Positions 15,266 to 26,113 of a stretch of DNA of 64,000 nt are shown here, piece after piece (position 1 is the stretch's first letter; each line of letters starts with the position of its first letter). The position numbers were made by a program, and so were the translations under genes. Under the pieces are notes generated by a model. It was not told where the DNA came from and did no database searches. It worked only from the letters and a program-made list of their open reading frames with translations. The DNA is from a virus. Lineage: Duplodnaviria > Caudoviricetes. The stretch lies in the IMG/VR virus record IMGVR_UViG_3300020264_000005, positions 30,961 through 94,960 of that record. One strand, 5' to 3'.

Positions 15266-18200
15266 ATGACCGTCAAGACGAAGAGAATTTCAACTCTTAT
15301 TGAGACACAACTCCCAGAATTTATTACTACTGAGTATGAACTTTTCAGTAAGTTCCTACAGAAGTATTATGAAGCTCAGGAGGTACAGGGCGGTCCTTTA
15401 GATGTAATCAGCAATCTTCAGAAGTATGCTGATATTGACTACTATGAGAAGAATCTTCTCAAGCAAAATGATATTCTAGTATCTAATATTTCAGATACTG
15501 ACACGACCATTGTCCTGCAGGACGCTACTTCATTCCCTGCACAGAATGGTTATGTCAAAATTGATGATGAGATCATCTTTTATGACACTCGCACTGATAC
15601 AACTCTAGAAGGTTGTGTAAGAGGCGTTAGTGGTAATACTTCCCTAGGAGACCTATACGAAGGTTCTACCTTTGTCAGCACCAGTGCGGCAGCACATAGC
15701 GGCGGTAAGAAGGTACATAACATTAGTAACCTCTTCCTCTATGCATTCGTCAAGAATTTTGAGAGTCAGTATCTAGGTTCATTCCCCCAGAAGTACCTTA
15801 AGGGTGAAGTAGACAAGAGAACCCTGATCAAGAACATCCAGAAGTTCTACAAATCAAAGGGTACTACTGCTTCAATCAAGTTTATCTTCAATACTATTGT
15901 TGCCAAGGAGATTGACAACAAACCTGAAGTATTCAAACCAAGAGATTTTACATACAAGGCATCTGAGTCTGACTGGATCAACATCTATTCACTCAAGTGT
16001 AAGGTCATCTCTGGTGATCCAAAGAGTTTGATTGGTAAGGTTATCAGTCAGAGCATGCCTTTTGTTCAGGCAACTGTAGATAACGTCTTTGAAGATAGCA
16101 ATGCTGACGGCGAAAGAATTTACAATATTGTACTTGCACCAGAGACTGTAACTGGTAAGTTCGATATTTCCACTAAAACAAAACTAACTGCACCTCTATC
16201 TGATGCTGCTGGTGCTGGCGCTAGAATCAATGTTGCTTCCACCATGGGGTGGGACAAGTTAGGTTCTGTTCTTATTGGTGATGAAGTCATTGAATTCACT
16301 GACAAGAACGTATCTCAGTTTGTTATCTCTAAGAGAGGACCAGTTCCAGTAACTTTCCTAGCAGGTAAAGAGGTATACAAACCTTCCCTAATCATTGGTG
16401 AGGGTGTTACTCTACTTACTTTGGGTCTGGTGTACAACGTTGCACCTACGATGCAAGCACCACACTCAGCTGTTGGTGACAAAGTACAAGAGTCTGTTGC
16501 TGGTTTCCAAACTGCTGACCCACGTATTGTTGATATTAATACGAATCAGGTACGTTGGAACCTCAATAACTTAGGTCCAGTATCTGCAACCACCAATGCT
16601 AACATTCAATCTGCACTGAGTGGTGTATCGACTAACGTCTCTGCTATTCTAGAAGACGAGCAGTATTACTACATTGCTAGTTCTTCTTATCCTTCTTACA
16701 ACATTCTAGACATTCTAGAAGTTGACAAACCAGTACAGGATCAGAAGCAACTCAGAATTATTCGTAAAGAACCAATCTCAACGACTGAGATTTATAAGAC
16801 ACCCAACAGAGACGTTGGTATCCTCGTAAACGGTGTTCCCATCTTCGGTTACAAGGATCCTGAATCCATTCGTTTTGGTGTACTTGAGACTATCAAGGTT
16901 ACTGACAAAGGAAGAAACTACGCCAATCCACCTTTTGTGTTGATTGATGGTCTACCTGAAAGAGCAAGAGCATTCTTGATTGGTAATGTTGTTGATCGTA
17001 TCGAGGTAGCTACTACTGACATCTTCCCACAAACTCCAACAATTGAGATCACCTCTGGTAAAGGTGGTAAAGCAACTGCTGTTGTTACTGGTGGTGAAGT
17101 CACTAGTATTGTCATTGATGATGCAGGTAAGTATTATTCAACTCCTCCCAGAGTCGTAATTAGAGACTTGGCAGGTAAAGGACGCTTTGCTGAGTACACT
17201 ACTGAAGTTAACACCGCTGGTCAGATTACTGCTATCAACAAAGTTGCTGGTGGTACACTCTATACACAGAGCAACATTCAAGTTGACATCGTTGCTGTCG
17301 GTTCAGATGCTAAAGCAACACCTCTTCTCAAAGAATGGGTGAAGAACAGGTTTGAGAAGTACAAGGGTGTCATGGATACCCAGTATGGTTTCCTATTCCG
17401 TAATTACAACATTGTATTGGACAATGGTTACGGTCAACTAGGCAATCCAAAGAAACTTAGAGTTGCACTGGGTGATAACTTAGACAGTGCTGATTCAGAA
17501 CCAGCAACTAAGACTCACTCACCTATCATTGGTTTTGCTTATGATGGCAACCCAATCTATGGTCCATTTGGTTACAATGATCCTTTAGATGCAACATCAA
17601 CTCCTGTTAGAATGACATCTAGTTATTCTCTAGTTGGTGACAGGGATCGTGGTCCCAGTATTACAGAATATCCGTTAGGTGCATTCATCGACGACTATAA
17701 GTATAGTCATAGAAGTGGTTCATTGGATGAAAACAACGGACGATTTTGCGTTACCCCCGAATTTCCAAAGGGAACTTATGCTTATTTCCTTACTATTGAT
17801 AGCAATCAAGTACCGAAATTCCCGTATGTTCTAGGAGACAAATTCTACTCTCTACCTGTAGACAGTAACTATAACTCAAACATCAGTCAAGACGATATTC
17901 CTAAGAAGTCCAAGCGACTCAATGTTGCTGGCATGCAGGGTAACGGCGAAGGTCTAATTGCAGAAATTGGTGCAGTTGGCGCTGGTATCCTTGATAGTGT
18001 CGAGATTCAAGACTCACACGACAACTTCTCTATTAACAACAAACTATACTTTGATAACGTAGGAACCGAAGGAACCAGTGCAGAGGCATTAGTCTCATCT
18101 GTTACTGGTGAGAACGTTCAGTATCTTGAGTGTAAAGAAGATAGAGTTGTTAAACTGACAACTATCCAAAGTGCATACCTATTTGCTGATGACACTTTAA

Positions 18201-21200
18201 GACAACCACAATCAGGTGCTTCTGGTAGTATTGTTGGTACTGTCAAGGGAGATACTGTTATTGTTCTACGTAACGTCAATGGCACGTTCGACAATACAGG
18301 TACTTTCTCTGCAGACATCAAAACCTTTACTATCACTGTGGATCAGGATAGTAACTACACGATTGGTGCAGTTCTAAGACTGACTGATGGTGTCAATCCA
18401 CCATATGCAACTGGTGAAGTTCTAGAGTCTACCAGCAAGCAGAATACTGTTAAGATCAAGGTTCTCACTGGAGAATGGGTTGTCAATGAAGATTACTTCA
18501 TCCAGTCCAGCAATCTGTTCAACACGTCTGGTTCAAAAGTAGTCTCACTCGTATCAATGAGTGATGGACTAGAACCATTTGATGTAAACCAAAGTGTTGC
18601 TTTGGTTGAGACTGATGTGAATCATGGTCTTGCTATTGGTGACGAAGTAACTATTGATATCCGTCCTAACGACACAACTAAGACTAAGAACTATTATATC
18701 AGACAAAGACTGTATCAAACTGCAGTTGTTAGAGAACCAAACAATAAGAGTAGCATTTCATACAATGGTATTGGTAGATTTACCATTCTAAATGGTGGTG
18801 CTGACTATACAGAAGGAACATACACCAATGTTCCTCTTAAGAATGGATCAGGTACAGGAGCAACAGCAAATATCACTGTATCTGCAGAAGGCATTGTATC
18901 AAATGTCCAAATCACTTCTGGTGGAACAGATTATCAAAGAGGAGACTACCTCACTGTAGAAGATGACGAACTAGCAAGATCTGGTGCTTCTCAGAGCACT
19001 GCTAGATTGACGATGTATGTCGATCACTCTGGTGTATCGTTCAGTGCTGACTCTATTAGAGTTGCAGATCCAAAAGGTTTCTCTGTAAACGACAAACTGC
19101 AAGTTGGTAGTGAGATTATGCAGATCACTGCTATCAATGGCAATGATCTATCTGTAACTAGAGCACTAGAAGGAACAAAGAGAGTAGACCACTACAATGG
19201 TGGTATTATTACACTATACAAACCAAGTTATAACTTCGATGCTGGTTTCAAGGTTAGCAATACAACAGGTGGTGGAACCATTCTATCATATGATCGTGAT
19301 ACTCAAACTATCACTGTAATCTATGATTATGGTATTGACAAGATTGCTGCTGATGAACTTATCAACAGCACAACGTTCTTTGATTCTGGTGATCCAAGCA
19401 GACTAGTAACACTTGAGAGAGTATCTGATCTAGAATTTAAGTTTGAGTTCTCTGAAGATAATGAGAACTTCACTCCTAACCCAAATCTAGATTTACAGGA
19501 GTTCTACAGATATACATTTGATACATCACACCCTTCACTACTAGGAACTAACTTTGATCTAAGTCCAAGTAAGAGTTATAACCTCCTAACCTTAGAAAAA
19601 CTGAACAGTGCTGCATTGCCTGGTCAAGTTGGATCATTTACTGAGGTTAAATTTGGTTTTGGTCCTAGATTGGAAGAAAACAACTATGACAATAAAGTAG
19701 GCACGAATTTCACATACTTTTACTACTTTGATAGGAATAACAAGGTAAATTCTGAAGGTTCTTTCTTCAAAATTGTAAATGACCCTCTGCAGGGTACAAA
19801 GACGCTTTCTTACGTCACCCCTAATCGATTTGTATATGATGTACCTACAGAACCACTGTGGGATGGATCAGGTCAAATTACATATACTACCAGAGGACAA
19901 TTTGCTACTGGTAAAATTCATGAAATTGCCGTAACTAATTTTGGTGAGAACTACAAGAAGACTCCAAGAGTAATTGGTGTTGATCCAGCACAAGAATTCA
20001 GAGCAGAAGCAACTGTTCTCTATGATTCAGAAATTGGTGCTATTACTACAGTAAGACTTGACAACGTTGGTTCTAATTTCTCCAAACCTGCAGCTGTCAT
20101 CGTAGATGGTGATGGACAAGGTGCTCTATTTGATGTAACACAGAGAAATGGTAAGATCTTCTCTGTTACCATCAGAAGTATTGGTAAGAACTATTCTTAT
20201 GCACCTAAGATTAAGATTATTGAGACAGATACTAAACTGTTCCCAATGAGTTCTTCTATTGGTGTACCACAGAGTATCAATATTATTAGAAATGGTGGTG
20301 CATACCATTTAGATAAGACTGTTGCATCTAAACTGTCTTCTCAGACTGTTGTATCAATTGAAGTATCTGATAATATCAAATTCCAGACTGGTGAGAAAGT
20401 CACACAGACTGTAAATGGTGTAGAAGTTTTAAATGCTAAGATTTCAGAATTCAGACAAGGTTCAAACCTTGTAAAACTAAAAGATATTAATGGTATCGTT
20501 AGAGAAGGTGTAGAACTAAAAGGATTTGTATCTAAATCTACCGCAAAGGTAAAAGTAGTATTCGTTTCCAAGTTCAACGAAGAAATTACAACCTTCTTTG
20601 ATAATCTAGGTTACTATAACTCAGATAGAGGTAGACTTGGTACTGCTAATCAGAGATTGCTTGATAGTTACTTCTATCAGGACTATTCTTATGTTGTTAA
20701 GTCCAAGACTTCTATTGAAGAGTGGAGAGACCTTATTAAGTCTACCACACACCCTGCTGGTTTCCAACTATTCGGTCAGGTTGATATTGAGACTGATGCT
20801 CCAGTCGAAATGCCTAAGGAGCAGAACAAGTCTGACTCGTTCAGTATCATTCAACTATGGGATCCTGCGAAGAACAAGATTACAGTTGAAAGCACCAAGC
20901 AAGTAACAACTCAGTCAATCCAATCTGTTAGTGATTACAAACTGAGAACTGGTTCTGGTTCTGTTGCAACATCCGAATTCAACTTCAACGAAAGTCGTGC
21001 GTTTGAATTCAGGATCTACAACATGACGCCTGGTTTCTATGATGCAACTATCAATGCAGGAAATCCATGGTGGATGAAGAATCCATTCGATGGTTATTTT
21101 GATAACGATGGAAGATTGAAGGGTTCCGTTCAGTTCCAGATCAGGGACATGTTTGATAATCCATTCAATCCAGTAAATGCAGAGAGTTGCTTTGTTACTC

Positions 21201-24200
21201 TCGATGGTATTATTCAAGAACCACTCAGAGCATATACTATCAGTGGCGATAAACTTGTCTTTGCTCAACCACCTCTGGGTGATAATGAGAAACTAACTGG
21301 TCAAAATGTCAATGCTACGAGTTCTTACAATGGTGTTAAGTTCATTGGTAGAACCTTCTTCTTTAAGGATTCTCAGTACAATAACAGATACCTAAAAAAA
21401 GCGAGAAATATTTTCCAGCGTGGGGGTCTATGGATAGACGCTGCAAATCAAATCGAACAAAATAAAGAGTTTATTATTCAAGAATCTGTAGGGTATGGTA
21501 AGGAGACTTATCCATCCTTGGATTGGAGTACAAAACTCGATGATTACAGTTTAGACATCGGATATGCACTCGATGCATATGCACATGACATCAGATTTGG
21601 TGGAAATACCAAGACTGTTGATTATGCAAAGATTTTCCAGAAGTCAAAATATATTGCTGACTATAAAACTGAGTCCATCAACATCTTTGAGTATGCTAGA
21701 AAACTAGCAAACCTTGCTGTTAGAAATTGGGACCTGTCTCTACAGTCAGTTCAATATATTACTGGTTCTAAAGAGATGACTGTCGAAGATTCTTCTCGAT
21801 TGGTTGTCGGCATGCATGTCAGCTCTGGTCGTGGTTTCGCAATGGGAACCAAGATTGTATCGATTGACTCTTCGACAAAAATCACTCTTTCTGCACCTGC
21901 ACTTCAAAACTCTGGTGTAGGTGCTGGCGGTGCTCCAGATGGAACCACTAATCTAACTGGCACAACCAACGGAACTTTAAACCTACCAACAAACACTGGT
22001 GTTGTACCACTAGGAGATCAATTCTCTGTACAACCAGGCGATAGTTTGATTGTACCACTATCTTTCTCTGGTATTGAAAGTGCTACCTTCTACATGAGTG
22101 CAATCAACACTGGTACGTTTGTTGATGCTTCTAACCTCATCTTTGGTAATAAGCAATACATTCAAGAAGAGACTGTTGGTTGGGCAAAAGCAACGTACCC
22201 TAGTGTACCATGGAATGAGAATGAAGGCAAGTGCGTTAGAGACCTTGGATTCCTCATCGACAGAATTGTTTATCACCTCCGTTATGGTGGTAACGAAAAA
22301 GTAATTGAGTTTGCACAACTATATTGGACAAAGGCATCTTACCCTAACCAAGAACTATTGACTGGTATTGGTGACGAGAAAGATGAAACTCTAGCAGCAT
22401 TTAACTATGCTAAGGATCTCATGGTCCAAGCAATGAGAAATGTTCTTGGCGCTGGCACTTATACATCAGTTTCTCCATTCATTGATCCTGATGTTGCTGC
22501 TGACAGTGAGTTCCCATATTGTGTCGAAGTTGAGACTACACTCAACACTTATATTGATATTGTAGAAGACATCTTCAACAAAGGTGTTGGTGTTGTTGAA
22601 GTTACCAGAGAAAATCAGAATAAGGCAGGTAACTGGACTCCAATCACCACTTATTCCAATTACAATATTCTCCCTGATAGTCAACTACCATTCTACGAGT
22701 GTAACACTGTTGTATCTGCTATCGACAATCTCCATAGCAATCTCGAAGATACTATCAATGGTAGTGATGTTGATAAGACAATCCCCGACTTCATTGATGG
22801 TGAGAACAGAGAGTTCGATCTACTCTGGGATGATGGATCACCAGTTATTACCGAAGAAGATGAGAGATTCTTTGTAACTAGTAATGCTGTACTACAGCAG
22901 ACTAAGTTCAATGCTGATCATCCTGGCGGTGATTCATATCACATCGATAGAACAGTTGTACCAAACAGAATTGTATTCGATGTTGCACCTATCTGGGATC
23001 AAGATGCTGGTGCTAAGACTCTAGGTGAACCAACTGCAGTTGAGAAAGTCGCTATTCTTGGTGTTGGTAACTACAAGAGACTATCTATTGATAGCAATCT
23101 AGTTAACAACCAAAGAAGTGGTCCATTCATCATCTTGGATCTAGAAGATAACACTGTACAGAATATTGAGTCCAGAGATAACCTCTTGGTCTTTGTTGAT
23201 GGTGTTCTACAGAAGTATGGTACATCATATACTATCTCAGGTCCAAACATTTCATTTGAATTCCCAATTACGGAACAAATGAAGGTTGATATGAGATATC
23301 TCTATGGTAGAGATGTCGGACAGATCCTCAATCTTTATAATTACAACCCAGATCTGTATTATGCACAGGCAGTTGCATCATTTAGATGCACCAGCAATGT
23401 TGCTGAGTTTGTAAAAGGCGCATGGCAAGATATCTACACTGGTTATCCACTTCAGGTCTATCAAACCAGACCTAATAATACCAAGATGTGGATTGGTAAT
23501 GTTAACAATCTTCTCGTTGATGACTTGGGTGGTGGAGAAGCAGACATCACATTTGAAGTTAATGGTAACAAATCAGAATTGATGGATGCACCTGTTACTT
23601 TCTGTATTGCTAGAAAGTATGCATATGAGATCACACTAGACCTTGATTATGACAACTCATCTCTCGTTTATGAAAAGGATGAGTATGGTGGTTTGACTCT
23701 AAGAGGTAATGATCAAGCATGGAGAGGGACTATCATCAGAAAGTCCTACAAGAATCCATTTATTAACCTTTCTAACAACTCTAGAATCAAAGTAGATGGT
23801 GAAGATGGTTTCAGAAGAATCAAAGAACTTCCTTCTGTACTTAATTCTTCTGAAGAGAGAATTGGTGAGCAGGTTTCCAACTCCTACTATGGTTACGTTA
23901 ATGTAGAAGCATATAATGGTATAACAAGAGGCGAAGGTCTTGCAGTTGTTGCTAAAATTGAGAATGGTTCTGTTGTATCTCTAGAATGGAACCAGCGTAG
24001 TTATGATCCTATCACCCAACCAACAGCATATCAATATTATACACCACCTATTCTAAACTTTGTACCAAAGAATGGTCAAGGTGGCGGTGCAAGAGGTAAA
24101 GTTGTTGTCAGTAAGGGTCAAGTTCTCAGTGTAGAACTGACTGATGGTGGATCTGGTTACACTGAAGCACCTGACATTATTGTTGCTAGACAGTATCAGA

Positions 24201-26062
24201 TTCAGAAAGAGAATGACATTGGTGTATCTCTAATTGATCTAAGAGTTCAGCAGGAAGTAAAAGTACAGGGTCTTATCTCTAGTTCTACCATTGACTTGCT
24301 TGCTAATCAGGTTTCTGGTATCAATACTCTGTCTTCTATTCTATTCAGAAGTCCAGTTGACGAAGTTAAGGATATCACTTGCCACATCTGGCCTGCTGAT
24401 CAGCAAGTCAGTGAGGATCTAACTGGAGGAATTGTTGCTCCTCTACTTAAGATTGCTGAAGCAGCACAAGAGAATGTACCTGTTATCAACACATTCCACA
24501 ACTTCACTGAAATCAATGGATACATTGATATGGGTGAGATTGTTGACATCAGAACTGGTTCTAGTATCTACTACTTGGATGTTGATAGAGTTATCACATC
24601 TACTGTACAGTCTGAGATTCCTAATAATGCAATCAGCAACATCAACCACTATCAGAATGCTGCATTCCTCAACGTTCCTCTGGACATTGGCGATACCATT
24701 GCATACATTCCAGATACTGAGAAGTTCACTTCAAACGGATTCCTCCTCATTGGTGATGAAATTGTTAGATATCTCCGCAAGGGTTCTGATCGTTTCTTCA
24801 GTCTCCAGAGAGCACAGCAAGGAACTACCGAGAAGAACTGGAATGCTGGTACGTATCTAAGACAGATTCCTGATCCATCTGTATCTGTTGCATACGGTGG
24901 TATTGCTAAGGTTGAGTCTCAAGCAGTATCCGTTGAGATGGGTGGTATCGCAAGCGGTTTGGGCGATGGTGAACTCGGACAAGATAGAGTAAGACAGTCA
25001 CAAGTTCTTACTCCATCTGTAGCAAAACAGCGTGTTGAGCAACAAATCGAAGTTTCCGTAAGCAGAGACATCGCAGTTGACTCAATTTCCGCGCTTGAGA
25101 CTCAGGTTAAGTACAAACTTGAGACATTTGCGGTTAATGTTGTTCCAACTACACTACAGTATAACGCTACTGTCGCTACACAGCAAGTTCAGATACAATC
25201 CCTCAACACAATCCAAACTGTTACTACTAAGGTAGAAGCAGACATTCAGATCAGTGTTGATGTTGACTCACTCAAGAGTCTAGAATTCATCAGAAAGGTA
25301 ACTGTTCCTTCGGAATACACTGCTACCACTGAAGAAATCAAGCATAATGCAACTGTTGTTAGTGGCGAACTACAGAAGATTATTACCGAGATCTCTGTAT
25401 CACGTGAGGCACTAGAGTTACTGATTGTTCCACCTCCTTCTGGAGCAATCGATGGTTATGAAGAATCAGTATTCTTGACTGATCCTGTTGAGACAAGACT
25501 AAATGGATTCGTAGATCTTGATCCTAACACATATCCAGTCATCAAACGTGATGGTACTATCATCTACCCACTCAACTCTGTTGCTGGTGTAGGAACTGGA
25601 TACATCGGTAACTATGTTAAGACTAATGCTGGTCCTACTATCGGATCTTGGAACTATGTTGCATTTGACGATGGTACAGCAAATGTCTCTGGATTTACTC
25701 TGGAAGACTTGAATAGATTATATCCTGCTCTGACTATCAATGACTTTGTTGAAAGAGCAGACTCAAGCTTCACAAAAGCAGGTGATTACTTCAATCTTTC
25801 AGTACCATCCATTCAGAATCCACTAGCACTTTCTTCCTCCACACAACCAATTGGTACTGCTGGAGTAAATGCGCTAGATATTACAGTCAATAGTACCGTA
25901 AACTTCCCTGACGCTGGATACCTGTTCCACGCTGATGGAACGGACTCAGGAGTGATTGAGTACACTGGCAAGACTGCAACTACGTTTACTGGTTGTGTTC
26001 AATACAGGGGAAGCACTCAGGTTGGCAATGGTGCGGAAATCGTGCCGTTCACAATTGACTAA
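15266..26062 (+). CDS. g7: baseplate wedge initiator gp7-like giant protein (YHYH-like and phycobiliprotein-like inserted domains)
   Basis: Between g6 and g8; QLPEFI..FLQKYYE, LIKNIQKFYKSKGT, DSYFYQDYSYVVKS..HPAGFQLFG motifs. Confidence 0.85.
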   Translation: MTVKTKRISTLIETQLPEFITTEYELFSKFLQKYYEAQEVQGGPLDVISNLQKYADIDYYEKNLLKQNDILVSNISDTDTTIVLQDATSFPAQNGYVKIDDEIIFYDTRTDTTLEGCVRGVSGNTSLGDLYEGSTFVSTSAAAHSGGKKVHNISNLFLYAFVKNFESQYLGSFPQKYLKGEVDKRTLIKNIQKFYKSKGTTASIKFIFNTIVAKEIDNKPEVFKPRDFTYKASESDWINIYSLKCKVISGDPKSLIGKVISQSMPFVQATVDNVFEDSNADGERIYNIVLAPETVTGKFDISTKTKLTAPLSDAAGAGARINVASTMGWDKLGSVLIGDEVIEFTDKNVSQFVISKRGPVPVTFLAGKEVYKPSLIIGEGVTLLTLGLVYNVAPTMQAPHSAVGDKVQESVAGFQTADPRIVDINTNQVRWNLNNLGPVSATTNANIQSALSGVSTNVSAILEDEQYYYIASSSYPSYNILDILEVDKPVQDQKQLRIIRKEPISTTEIYKTPNRDVGILVNGVPIFGYKDPESIRFGVLETIKVTDKGRNYANPPFVLIDGLPERARAFLIGNVVDRIEVATTDIFPQTPTIEITSGKGGKATAVVTGGEVTSIVIDDAGKYYSTPPRVVIRDLAGKGRFAEYTTEVNTAGQITAINKVAGGTLYTQSNIQVDIVAVGSDAKATPLLKEWVKNRFEKYKGVMDTQYGFLFRNYNIVLDNGYGQLGNPKKLRVALGDNLDSADSEPATKTHSPIIGFAYDGNPIYGPFGYNDPLDATSTPVRMTSSYSLVGDRDRGPSITEYPLGAFIDDYKYSHRSGSLDENNGRFCVTPEFPKGTYAYFLTIDSNQVPKFPYVLGDKFYSLPVDSNYNSNISQDDIPKKSKRLNVAGMQGNGEGLIAEIGAVGAGILDSVEIQDSHDNFSINNKLYFDNVGTEGTSAEALVSSVTGENVQYLECKEDRVVKLTTIQSAYLFADDTLRQPQSGASGSIVGTVKGDTVIVLRNVNGTFDNTGTFSADIKTFTITVDQDSNYTIGAVLRLTDGVNPPYATGEVLESTSKQNTVKIKVLTGEWVVNEDYFIQSSNLFNTSGSKVVSLVSMSDGLEPFDVNQSVALVETDVNHGLAIGDEVTIDIRPNDTTKTKNYYIRQRLYQTAVVREPNNKSSISYNGIGRFTILNGGADYTEGTYTNVPLKNGSGTGATANITVSAEGIVSNVQITSGGTDYQRGDYLTVEDDELARSGASQSTARLTMYVDHSGVSFSADSIRVADPKGFSVNDKLQVGSEIMQITAINGNDLSVTRALEGTKRVDHYNGGIITLYKPSYNFDAGFKVSNTTGGGTILSYDRDTQTITVIYDYGIDKIAADELINSTTFFDSGDPSRLVTLERVSDLEFKFEFSEDNENFTPNPNLDLQEFYRYTFDTSHPSLLGTNFDLSPSKSYNLLTLEKLNSAALPGQVGSFTEVKFGFGPRLEENNYDNKVGTNFTYFYYFDRNNKVNSEGSFFKIVNDPLQGTKTLSYVTPNRFVYDVPTEPLWDGSGQITYTTRGQFATGKIHEIAVTNFGENYKKTPRVIGVDPAQEFRAEATVLYDSEIGAITTVRLDNVGSNFSKPAAVIVDGDGQGALFDVTQRNGKIFSVTIRSIGKNYSYAPKIKIIETDTKLFPMSSSIGVPQSINIIRNGGAYHLDKTVASKLSSQTVVSIEVSDNIKFQTGEKVTQTVNGVEVLNAKISEFRQGSNLVKLKDINGIVREGVELKGFVSKSTAKVKVVFVSKFNEEITTFFDNLGYYNSDRGRLGTANQRLLDSYFYQDYSYVVKSKTSIEEWRDLIKSTTHPAGFQLFGQVDIETDAPVEMPKEQNKSDSFSIIQLWDPAKNKITVESTKQVTTQSIQSVSDYKLRTGSGSVATSEFNFNESRAFEFRIYNMTPGFYDATINAGNPWWMKNPFDGYFDNDGRLKGSVQFQIRDMFDNPFNPVNAESCFVTLDGIIQEPLRAYTISGDKLVFAQPPLGDNEKLTGQNVNATSSYNGVKFIGRTFFFKDSQYNNRYLKKARNIFQRGGLWIDAANQIEQNKEFIIQESVGYGKETYPSLDWSTKLDDYSLDIGYALDAYAHDIRFGGNTKTVDYAKIFQKSKYIADYKTESINIFEYARKLANLAVRNWDLSLQSVQYITGSKEMTVEDSSRLVVGMHVSSGRGFAMGTKIVSIDSSTKITLSAPALQNSGVGAGGAPDGTTNLTGTTNGTLNLPTNTGVVPLGDQFSVQPGDSLIVPLSFSGIESATFYMSAINTGTFVDASNLIFGNKQYIQEETVGWAKATYPSVPWNENEGKCVRDLGFLIDRIVYHLRYGGNEKVIEFAQLYWTKASYPNQELLTGIGDEKDETLAAFNYAKDLMVQAMRNVLGAGTYTSVSPFIDPDVAADSEFPYCVEVETTLNTYIDIVEDIFNKGVGVVEVTRENQNKAGNWTPITTYSNYNILPDSQLPFYECNTVVSAIDNLHSNLEDTINGSDVDKTIPDFIDGENREFDLLWDDGSPVITEEDERFFVTSNAVLQQTKFNADHPGGDSYHIDRTVVPNRIVFDVAPIWDQDAGAKTLGEPTAVEKVAILGVGNYKRLSIDSNLVNNQRSGPFIILDLEDNTVQNIESRDNLLVFVDGVLQKYGTSYTISGPNISFEFPITEQMKVDMRYLYGRDVGQILNLYNYNPDLYYAQAVASFRCTSNVAEFVKGAWQDIYTGYPLQVYQTRPNNTKMWIGNVNNLLVDDLGGGEADITFEVNGNKSELMDAPVTFCIARKYAYEITLDLDYDNSSLVYEKDEYGGLTLRGNDQAWRGTIIRKSYKNPFINLSNNSRIKVDGEDGFRRIKELPSVLNSSEERIGEQVSNSYYGYVNVEAYNGITRGEGLAVVAKIENGSVVSLEWNQRSYDPITQPTAYQYYTPPILNFVPKNGQGGGARGKVVVSKGQVLSVELTDGGSGYTEAPDIIVARQYQIQKENDIGVSLIDLRVQQEVKVQGLISSSTIDLLANQVSGINTLSSILFRSPVDEVKDITCHIWPADQQVSEDLTGGIVAPLLKIAEAAQENVPVINTFHNFTEINGYIDMGEIVDIRTGSSIYYLDVDRVITSTVQSEIPNNAISNINHYQNAAFLNVPLDIGDTIAYIPDTEKFTSNGFLLIGDEIVRYLRKGSDRFFSLQRAQQGTTEKNWNAGTYLRQIPDPSVSVAYGGIAKVESQAVSVEMGGIASGLGDGELGQDRVRQSQVLTPSVAKQRVEQQIEVSVSRDIAVDSISALETQVKYKLETFAVNVVPTTLQYNATVATQQVQIQSLNTIQTVTTKVEADIQISVDVDSLKSLEFIRKVTVPSEYTATTEEIKHNATVVSGELQKIITEISVSREALELLIVPPPSGAIDGYEESVFLTDPVETRLNGFVDLDPNTYPVIKRDGTIIYPLNSVAGVGTGYIGNYVKTNAGPTIGSWNYVAFDDGTANVSGFTLEDLNRLYPALTINDFVERADSSFTKAGDYFNLSVPSIQNPLALSSSTQPIGTAGVNALDITVNSTVNFPDAGYLFHADGTDSGVIEYTGKTATTFTGCVQYRGSTQVGNGAEIVPFTID

Positions 26063-26069
26063 ATAAACG

Positions 26070-26077
26070 TATAAATA
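26070..26077 (+). promoter_or_regulatory. T4-type late promoter
   Basis: TATAAATA upstream of g8; related sites near 27979, 36283, 41661, 53368, 54220, 55632, 55872, 59035. Confidence 0.8.
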
Positions 26078-26113
26078 AATCAGGCACAAACACTACGTCG
26101 GAACAGAAAACCC

